This document shows, one piece after another, positions 53,750-64,000 of a stretch of 64,000 nucleotides of DNA. Location of the stretch: assembly GCF_000497125.1 (NCBI RefSeq), contig NC_090597.1, positions 1,375,797 through 1,439,796 on the forward strand, written 5' to 3'. Position 1 is the first letter of the stretch. Each line of letters starts with the position of its first letter. The translations under genes and the position numbers were made by a program. Source of the stretch: Spironucleus salmonicida (lineage: Eukaryota). A model generated the notes under the pieces. The model was not told the origin of the DNA and made no database searches. It saw only the letters and a list, made by a program, of their open reading frames with translations.

Positions 53750-56245
53750 AAGATTTGTGTTCATTAAAATTTCAGTTAATAAATCCAAACATTCCGAAGA
53801 CTCCATAAACTTTATATTATTTTTATTTAACTTGTCGCGTAATTTATATATGCATCCGTTTTTAATGGGTATAGTCTATAATATGTGAATGAGAGCTTTA
53901 ATCATCCATGTAATAGGAGCATCTTGGTGTGGTTATCATTTTTGATTGTGGTTTTGGAATCACAATGAGAACCTATACTTTTGGAATTAGTAAATATTTA
54001 TATATAATGATATACATTTAAACTGTATTTGAATTATCTGTTATATTGGGATTATTACTTAACATATTTTAAAAATGGAAAACTATAATAAATTTATTTA
54101 ATGATATGTGATAATAATATATAGTAATTTAATTATTTTAGTACATAAAAAGAAACTGCAATAACTCTATGTTTATTTCTACTATAATATCTTTTAGTTA
54201 ATATTAGTATTGCATCCTAGAATCTCAGTATAACGATTCACGTTAATATTCGGCATTTTTATACATCTTACACTATCAAATAAATTATTCAATGTAATTT
54301 TATTAATGGAAATTCAAAATATTTCATTGTCTTATTTACCAAATAACAACAAAATCTGTATCTTGTTTATAAAATATATAGTTACTCATAATTTATGCTA
54401 TATTCTCATGTAATCTCTTACATATACATTATATGTTCAAATATTTATATTGTGAGAACGAATACTAATTTGGAATCTTAAATTATTATATAAATAACGT
54501 ATAACATGTACCTATATAAAAATTATTATTGTACTAAAATATGATCAATAATTTATTCTTATAGTTATTTTAGTGTGATTAAATATTTTAATACTAAAAC
54601 AGGTTTTCAACATAAAAATTAAGATATTATTATTATTTTATATTAAAACTAGATATTATATAGGAAATTACAAATATATAACGACATTTTGTAATTTTAT
54701 TTTGTATTATAGTTTCTGATCATATCGAATTTTATAAAATAAAATGAGTATCTAAATATCAGTTTTATTTTAAATTTATACAATTTTCCAGATTATTTTA
54801 AAAGTTGAGATTGTATAAAGATTAATGGGTTCTTTAGTTACCAAATAAATAAAGATAATAGTAAAGAAACAAATTCTTAACAACTTATTAAAAATTATCT
54901 TCCAATAAATTATTAAAAAACATATAAATAAAGTACAGTATTTCCTTAAATTTAGAATAGTTAATAGATTTTGATAAAAGCTATGATTTTTTGTATATAA
55001 CATATATTTAAAACATGAAATATAGATTAATAGAAAATAATAAAACTAGTTAGGCAAACTAAAATTAGTAATATCATATCCTAAAATAATAATTAAACAT
55101 AAAATATTTATATATTTATGATTTTTAAAACATAATTCATCATCAAACATCTGTAAAATTTATATAAGAAAATCTTCATATATTATCTTAAGTTAAAATA
55201 GAATGAACCAAATATATAAATACTCATTTGTTGAAGCAATTTAACTTACGTTTCTTGACATAATAATAAATATTTAACAATGGATTTGCATACAATAATA
55301 CCAATTTAGATTCCACTATATATATATTTTTGGTTTAGAAGCAAGTATTTTTTAAAATAAAATTATATAAATAAAGTCTAATTCCACTAGTTATTATCAT
55401 CTTAAATTAAAGATTTAACAATATATGCTTTTAGTTCTCTGGTTAAGAATATATTATTAATTATAACTAGAATGTTGTAAATTTAATTTAGTTCTAAAAT
55501 ATATATGTAATTTTATTACTTATATTATTATAAGAAGATATCAAATATGTAAAATATTATAATGACTACTATACTTCCGTATTCACTAGATAATGTTACC
55601 GTTATTTTCAGTTAATATCATATTTCTTTACATAATATAGATGCTATAAAAAAGTATACCAAGTATTTGGAATTTAATAATTAAAGATTTTCAAAGTAGT
55701 GTACCTCTATTGCAAATATATCTATAACTAAATTATACAAATTTATAAATAAACACACTTTGCATATACAACAATATTATATTACTTATAATAATTTTTA
55801 GCTGCCACAAAATTGGATAAAGCTATACTAGCAAAATGCGAAAAATAAATAAATAAATAGGTATGTCATTATATTGATAATAATGAATACGTGTATATTT
55901 TTTCATTATATTTGATAATTTTATTAGTATATAGGGATAATATACAATTATAGCAAATTATTATTTACAATAATACTAAATTAGTCAATCAAGTACGTAT
56001 AAACTACTTATATTATCAAAAAGTTTAAACTATGATTCTAATACATCCAAAAATTAACATATTTTTATAATATGGGTTCATTTTGAATAGTATCATTTCA
56101 AAAATCATAATGAACATAAAATAAGGAAACCTCACTATAATATGAGTATCTAGTTTATAATTATTGTATCTACTAATGATAGCCGTAAATCATTAAACTT
56201 TAAAATATTTTATATCTAATAATCAACTAAAATATTAACCTAAGC

Positions 56246-57217
56246 TCATAATTATATTAAATCATATTGTTATGAATCTTAATTACATCTTGCATCTAAG
56301 ATAATGTTATTTTAAATAGGTAAAGATACAATTTGTACACTAGGATCAGCCTCAATTATTGTATATTGATTTCTTCTTAAACAGTGATAGTTTTAAATTA
56401 ATGTATTTTTAATATTTATATCAACTAGAGTTTAGTAGTTTATAAACATAAATAAATGATTAAATTTAGTATGTTAAACATTAAACTTTTATAAATTATT
56501 GCAATTAACAATGGATTCAAAATCAGCAAAATAAATATTCTATTATATGCTTAATGTAATTAATTTTAAAAAATAACCTTGTAATTATTTAATATTGTTC
56601 GACGATATATCAAGATAAGTTAAATTTTTTCCAAAATATCTCAAGGATTATAGTTTGTTGTTATTCAAGGTAATTGAGGTTAAATTGGTTGGTAATTAAA
56701 TTTACTTTAATCCGCAATAGTTTATACAAATTTCCCGTAACTCTTAATATTCTTCAAGATTTATAGCGTCAATCATATTTTCTGATAGTTCTAATACTTG
56801 AAGTTTTGGGCACTAAATATAAAGAATAGTAGTAAGCATATTTCCATTTGCCTTTAGAATTAAAAGATTAGGTGCACTTAGGGTTAAATTTTTAAGTAAA
56901 TTATCCGAAATGTTTAAAATCTAGAGGGTGTGGGAATTGCTATTAAATTTCTCTAGTTTGTTGCTTTAAAGAAATAAAAATCTGACATAATTAGCTTCAA
57001 AAAGGCAAATTAAATTATCTGACAGATCCAGGGTATGAAGATGCAAATAAAAAGGAGATTCTATTTCTTTTATTCGACCTGTATAAAAATTTCCTCTTGC
57101 TATAATTTTTGATTCAGAGTCAATATCAATATTTAATTTGTTAACATCATTAATAGTTGTAAACGCAGAGTTAAGTTTAAATTTAAATGATAGATTTAAT
57201 GATATTTCACTCCCCAT
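56246..57217 (-). CDS. Leucine-rich repeat protein with MGxxxS N-terminus, 323 aa
   Basis: LHTLDLSDNLI, LQILNISDNLL, LQVLELSENMI, LTYLDISSNNI match LxxLxLxxN. Confidence 0.88.
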
Positions 57218-57390
57218 TTATTTATATATTGTATTAGTCGATATATTATGATAAATAATAATTATTATAAAAAACTATAACTCTTTGATAGCTAAGGACT
57301 TTAAATTTATATTATATATAAAACCTAGCAGTTTAAAAAATTTCGTCTTAATTATTACAATATATAATCATAATTATACTTATAATAAAA

Positions 57391-58017
57391 ATGGGAACAA
57401 TTTCGTCGAATTAGTTCTTTAACTTTGTAAGCAATTCAAATAATTAGGCAATCACAAAAGCTATGCTAAATCACGAAAAACATATGTAACTTTCTTCGAT
57501 TCGCGCAATGTCAGATTGTGTTAATTACTAATTTGAATAGACGAATATTCAAATACATATGTTCAATGTTACAACGTCTGCTAAATAGTTTATGAATTTA
57601 TATTAGAACCCGAGTATTGAATCTATTTTTGAGTCTTTATCTATGCGCATGAATATAAGTAAAGACTTTATAGAAAAAATATATAAATAAACTTATTAGT
57701 AGTAAAATTTATAGAAAGTTATAAAGGCTCCAACTGTTAATAAGAAGCTTTATTTCACATTAGAATACATTTTGCTACATTAATAAATAGTAGAAATATG
57801 CCCGTTATGTATAATTTTTCTTAAAATAGATTATTCTCATGTGGGGGTTATAAAGTCGAAATTGTTGTGCGCTATTTTTAGGGATGAATATAATATTTCA
57901 GAGGATAAGGTACTTTAGGCGTTGGGTGCATCAAAATCTGGGGTTGTTAGTTTTCAAACATTTCTAAATTGTTATTACAGAATAGAAGATTTAACAGGAA
58001 TTATTGACTATTTGTGA
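57391..58017 (+). CDS. 208-aa protein with MGxxxS N-terminus and degenerate C-terminal EF-hand-like motifs
   Basis: MGTISS...; FLKIDYSHVGVI and ASKSGVVSFQTF resemble degenerate EF-hand loops. Confidence 0.7.
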
Positions 58018-58259
58018 GTTATATTTATTATGGTTTATTTTGCGTGTATATTAAATTTTTATTGGTGATATGTAAAGTTATAATACAATATTATGTATAA
58101 ACTGATATAGAATTTTAAGGAAGGATAGGGTGATTTTAATTATTTTTAATTAAATTTATATAATAATATATTAGTAATAAATTTAATTATACTATTATAT
58201 ATTATTAATAATAAATTATTTGTAATTTCATTTCTTTCTTCTTTCTACCACTTCACTCA

Positions 58260-59414
58260 ATGAAGTTCACGTATTCATGCTAACTCACTGCTAACCCTAT
58301 CAAGATTCTTGCTGCTTTTTTCAACTTGAAGATTGATTTTGAAGAATCTAAGTGTGGATGCACTGTACCAACTCTTGTAGATGGTGAAGTAACTGTCCGT
58401 TATATGCCAGCTATATTACGTTATATTGGTGTTAAGTCACATTGCGGATGTTATTATGATCGTAATATTGCTCAGAAAGCCAATGTGGACTCTTGGTTAG
58501 ATGCCGTTCAGTCTCTCGCTAACAAGAGTTGTAATCTTATTGCTATCTGCAAGGATGAAAAAATTTTCTCTGAAGCTGCCGCCAAGAATGCTCTTGACCA
58601 AGTTGAAAAATGCTTAACTTGGATATCTGACTATCTTGCTATGCATACATTCTTAGTTGATGAGAGAATCTCTATAGCTGATGTATATCTTGTTTCTTTA
58701 CTCAAATGTTACATCAACCGTTATGTCCAGAAGAGTGATAAGAAGCTCATCCATTTGATGAGATATGCATAGACTGTTGCTGCCGTTGGACCTATTGCTT
58801 CTATCATCGGTGCTTTTGAATATGCTACCGCTGCTTTCCCTTGCGCTCTGATTGTTACTGCTCCAGTTGTTGCAGCTGCAGCACCTGCCGCTAAGGTAGC
58901 CAAGTATACTTATTCCACTGATCTTAATGCTTGGAAGAGATTCTACAAAAACCTCAAATGGGATTAAGGTGAGGATTTCTCGGACAATTTTTGGAACAAT
59001 GTTTATAAACCTGAAGAACTTTCACTTTGGTTAATGGTTTATAAATTCCCAGAAAATTTCCTTGAAGATTGGAAAACTAAAAACCTTATTACCGTTCTCG
59101 TCCAGAGACTTCGTGGTGAGAAGGCTGAAAGAGATTCATTCGCCAACATGATTGTTGTTAAGAATGAAGCCGAATCTCATTTTTAAGTTATTGGTGTAGT
59201 ACTTATGCCCAAGAATGATGACGTTGTTATCCCTGAATGGTCTGAATGCTCTGGTATAGCCTCTTTTGATTGGATCAGAATCGAAGATACCGAAAAGCCT
59301 GAAGTTCGTGAATTTATTCATCGTGTTTGGTGCTGGGATGAAGAGAAGGATATGGTGTATCATGGTGTCAATTATGGTAAGTGTGCTGATGGTAACGGCG
59401 AAACCTTCGTTTGA
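58260..59414 (+). CDS. EEF1G: Elongation factor 1B-gamma, 384 aa
   Basis: GST-like N-domain (VPTL, AILRY, TFLVDERISIAD), Ala-rich linker, C-domain DLNAWKRFY..FW...SLW...YKFPE. Confidence 0.92.
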
Positions 59415-59581
59415 TCGTGATTGTTTTTCATTTATTTCTTTGCTACTAGTCTTTAACCTTAATTCATCTTATTTTATCAATTTTTTATTATTTGAGAAGA
59501 CTTAATATTTATTATATGATTATACTATATTTAACCATTCCGCAAAATATGAAAAATCTCATGTACACTGTTAACGCCGAA

Positions 59582-62500
59582 ATGGAGGCAGCTCTTCAGG
59601 CAAAACGATAGAACCTTTAGCAAAAACTATAGAATTTTAATCAGTATTAGACCCAATCCGATATTCTTGCATTTACTAAATAATAGAAATAAGAAGCAGC
59701 CACTATAAATTAGCCTTAGAAACATGAGAAATAGCGCGGGATTTTAAATATGTAGAGTCTTTTAGAAGCTACTTCTACACCACTCATAATACCACCAAAA
59801 ACACCACCTCAGGAAGACTCATCGGATATTGAAATTTCTGAAGCCGAAAAACCATAGCGTACAACTTTAATTTAAGAACTGGAATACCTAAAAAATAGAT
59901 CTTTGATGGAAAGAGAAGATGCAGATTTTGCTGACAAATTAGCATTGAAAACATTGAAAACAAGTCTTCACAGCGAGTTTTTAAAATAAAATAAGTACAA
60001 AATATGTTATGGTCTAATGGAGGAGATGCTAGAATAGGTTGTTGGAGTGCTTGATGTATAGAAAATATAAGACTCGTATAATGTAAAAAAAGGAGAATTA
60101 GAGGAGATTTATCCATTATTTTCGGATAATTTAATATGCGAACAGTTTTAAAATGAAAGCTTAGAGAGTTATTTAAAGTAAGGAAGAATTATTGGTACTG
60201 GAGGTAACGATCCGTTCGAATTTTAAGATTTTATCAATTCTGAACTAAATTTATTAATTGCACAAAATGCTAAACTAGAAATAAATATATCTATTTAAAA
60301 CTAACTTTTAGCTCCTTAAATAATTTAAGGTGATGGTTCTGTTATTTAGCCAAAAATTACATTATATTCTCATGAAGAGAGTCTAAACATTGATGAAGAT
60401 TCTATCATGAATATAGTCGGGGATATAAATTTTTTTAGTTTTAAAACCATAAATAATTCTGAAATATCTGCGCTCAAAGAAAATTTTATAGTTTTTAATG
60501 ATTCAATTAAAAAAGCTTAAATTGAGTTAAAAATTAAAAATAGAACATCGCAGGTACCTATCACACTAAATGAGACATTAATGATTATTCCAACAATTTC
60601 TGATTCAGATAAATTCTTGAAAACAGCTACAAATGAATAAATATTATAAGCTAGAATTAATTTTTTAATTTATAAAATAAATGGACTGGAAAACTATTTC
60701 GTATTTGAGATGTTAAATTAATCTTAGTTTAATACGAGTAAAGCTGAAAATAGTAATGTCATTGTAACAAAAGAATCTGAAATAGAGATAGAAAACCAAA
60801 TTAATATTTATTATCCTGTTAAAGTTGCAAAATAACTAAGTGAAGTAGAAAATCAATTTTAATTCATAGTTACGGCTTTCATTAAATTCACTCAAATATT
60901 CAATTCGCCAAACCAGAGTTCTTTGTCAAATAAACCAAAATCTGCAGGTTCTACTGATCCTTTAAAAACTGCTTTTGATGCCAATTTGAAATCTAAGTTC
61001 TAATAAATATCTATTTCCAATTTTTCAGATATTTGTTTTTTAACAAAAGAAGATTACTACAAACTTGAAATACGTGTTTAATAATAATAAAAAGGGAAGA
61101 AAACTGAAACAGATTAGACTGAGACTATAATGTAACAATGGCAATAAAAATCAGTTTTTTAAGCTGCTGAATTTTCTGAGATTAAAGTTGACCAGATAGT
61201 TGATGAAAGTGTAATAGCCTTATAAACAATGTACAAATAGGCACAAACAATTATGTTGAATTTCTATTCGTCAAATTCTTTCAAAAATCTTACTACCCTG
61301 GAAATTGACTCTTTAGATCTATCATCTTTTACTTAACTTACAGGAAATTTGAAATCAGACTTCGAATCATTAAAGAATAAGTGCTAACTTTTACCTTCAA
61401 TTATATTCCGCTCTAATATAGAAATAAATAGTATTTAAAAAATTCTATAACCATCTTTAAAGGCTATTATTATAAAGTAACTTACAAATAAATTCTATGA
61501 TAAGATAAGAATAGAACAGAAATCAATATTATTTAATATATAATTATTATTTCGAACTTTAAGTTTAAAAACCTTAATTTTACGTAAAAATTCAATATTT
61601 TAAATCTTAAATTAGTTCGATATTTCCATGTCCAAAATTAGTGATGAAATAGATGGTTAACTAAATTTTTCGTCTCAAAAATAAACAAAAATTGAAAATT
61701 TTGTACATGAAATGCGTGAGAATTTTGTTGAATAATTAGATGAAATTTTTGCTAAAAATTGTGTTATTCAATCGATTTTCGAAGAAAAAACTATGACTGA
61801 AAATTGTGAGTTCGATGTTTCTGGAGATATTTTAAAACTAGAATAGTTTTTAGTAAAATATTGGTTAGATGATAATTTGGTAGAAATATTCACCAACAAT
61901 GACTACCATGTATATTTTAATGACTTGGTTGTATAGTAATTAGCTATTAAAATTGATTAGTTATTAAATATAAGTTTTCTTCCATTTTTATTTTATGACT
62001 TTCTTCGATAAATTTTTGACATCTAAAATAATACTTAAGATAGTCTAAGCTTTAAAACGGACTAACTAGTCAATTTTGATAGCGAATTGCAAAGAAAACT
62101 TTTGTCAGTAAATGAATTTACGGAAGAATAGATTGAAGAGATTTTTGTAGATATCAGTAGCAAATTCTGCTTAATCCAAGAAAGCAATTCTCTAAAGACT
62201 GAAATCAGCGAAATTGTACTAATATTGTAAAAAGAAATTGAAAATGGGGTAGACAGGAGTGTGAAATTAAGCCAACGACTCTATTTATTGACATTATAGG
62301 CTATTAATTAAAGTTGTAAAGAATCGAATCAAACCGAATTTTTCCTTTAAAAATGTAAAGAAAGTTAGGAAATTCTAGCAGAAGAGCAAATTTTTATTTA
62401 GGATATTTATTCCGATTTGAGAGATTAACTTAATATTGAAATTGATTTATCGCATATTTAATCAATTTTTAAGCCAATATTGCCTCTTAAGACTTGTTTT

Positions 62501-63385
62501 ATTGAGATTTAGGAGTCAGATTTAGATTTAATTTTTCATTCTTCAAATTTAGTTAACTAGGAACTTTTAGCCGAAAAATTAGCTCTTAACGAGCCAGAAA
62601 CAATCCGAGTTCTATCAGATTTACTTGTTATCAAAAAAATATAGAATTTTCAGATTTCAGATCCAAATCCAAAAGCCAAAAAAGGAGCTACAATTTTGCA
62701 ATAAAAACACACTTTCTACGATGCACCTTTCGTGCGCTAAATAGCAAGTTTGAAAATTTAGATAAATTTAGCGTAATTTGAGTAAATTTTGAGTTTATTC
62801 AAAGAACTTTTGACACTAAGTACATTTTAACGACCATAATCCGCTCCAAAATAATCAAAATAGTAAGAAATTGAGGTCAAAGTTTAGCCAGAATTAATTA
62901 TTTTTGGCGAATAATAATAGTATTTTAAAATGTTGGAATTGTCTGAAAATGCACCAAAAATTATCGAATCAAAGTAGCATACCAGGGAGTTTTTGAGACT
63001 TTATATTCAAAAATTTGCAGAAATGACAGTTTTTGCTGAACAAGCTAAAAATGTAGTGTTTTTAATGCTTTTATTGCTCCCTGGTATTGGATTTGAGGCT
63101 AAGTGTGAACTAATTTTCGACTTATAGACTAAAAAAGTTGTTTAAATGGCACTTTTTGGCCAATAAATTTCAGAAATTTTGGCATTAGATTTCAGTGGAT
63201 AATTTTAAAGCGGTTAAGGAGAATAAATTGAAGTTTTTGGGGTCCAAACATTATTTTTGGCGGAAGAAATTAAAGAATAGGTATAAGAGAAGTTGATGGG
63301 AGTTACAGGCACTGAAATAGATATTGTGGAAGTAGCTGTTGTGTAGAAGAGTAGCCGAGCTGGAAGTGCTAAAAATAAGAAGTGA
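59582..63385 (+). CDS. Large hypothetical protein, 1,267 aa (coiled-coil rich)
   Basis: MEAALQAKRQ...RAGSAKNKK*; frame spot-checked; stop in aAGTGA. Confidence 0.8.
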
Positions 63386-63479
63386 GGGGAGTATTAATAT
63401 ATTTATGAAATTTTATTTTATTGGTTTTTTGATAGAAATATAAAAAACTATAATAATAATATATAAGAATTTTTCAAAA

Positions 63480-64000
63480 ATGATTAAAATACTTTGGCTA
63501 GCATTTAGTATTGGGATAGTCAGTATTACATATAAAGATATGTTGGTTTATTCTTTTACTATTTTATGTTAGCATTTTACGAAAGTTAAGCTGAAAAATA
63601 GCCATATTTTATGTGTGTTTATAACTTTGGTTTATTATGTTTTAAATTTAAAATATTGCTAATTACTTAAATTTCATAAATTTTTAATACTTTAGATATT
63701 TCTAGTTAAGTAGATTTTTTAACAGTTTTGGCTTTTGCTAACATCGCCTAATTCTGCCGGAGTAGACAATAAAATTTATCCGTTACAGGAAAAATTATTT
63801 GTTACATACTGCAAGCACTGTAACTAACTAAATAAGCCGCATAGCTTTCATGGTATTTATTCATGTGTTGAGCAATATGATCATTCATGTCCGTGGGTTG
63901 GGAATGACGTTGGAAAATAGAATAGACCTTAGTTTATAAACTATTTGATTCTTGGGTTAATTTAATAGCTTATGGTTATTTATACTAGTTATAATGTTAT
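63480..64000 (+). CDS. DHHC-family palmitoyltransferase (DHSC variant), 3'-truncated by the window edge
   Basis: Hydrophobic N-terminal segments, then YCKHC...H...[20 protein letters not shown]..FINYL. Confidence 0.88.

Noticed and set aside
53760-56240. Possible genes in a 2.5-kb very AT-rich gap
   Set aside because: No convincing coding pattern or motif seen; not exhaustively translated.

Overview
AT-rich, gene-dense eukaryotic DNA with no introns detected. It uses a variant code: TAA/TAG read as Gln and TGA is the only stop. This, together with the very short intergenic regions and AGTGA-embedded stops, points to a hexamitin diplomonad (Spironucleus/Hexamita-like). The supplied standard-code ORF track is therefore fragmented, and I re-read all genes with TAR=Gln. 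Genes: a 5'-truncated ORF of over 2,500 aa, a CHD chromatin remodeller, two HEAT/importin-type solenoids, Ykt6, a Myb factor, a WD40 protein, CCT-alpha, six near-identical GC-rich cytosolic Hsp70 genes in tandem (2,245-bp period), an LRR protein, EF1B-gamma, a 3'-truncated DHHC-type enzyme and several hypotheticals. Main observations: (1) two inverted copies of a ~0.5-kb GC-rich repeat bracket 11.6 kb, and inverting that interval would reunite two MGCG-start paralogs as a tandem pair; (2) a structured 215-bp spacer with a 48-codon ORF occurs only at internal Hsp70 junctions; (3) a candidate Zn-ribbon-less TFIIB-core-like protein; (4) a DHSC palmitoyltransferase lacking all four ligands of one zinc finger; (5) recurrent intragenic C-to-G skew flips. 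Family calls come from motif recognition by eye; no searches were run.
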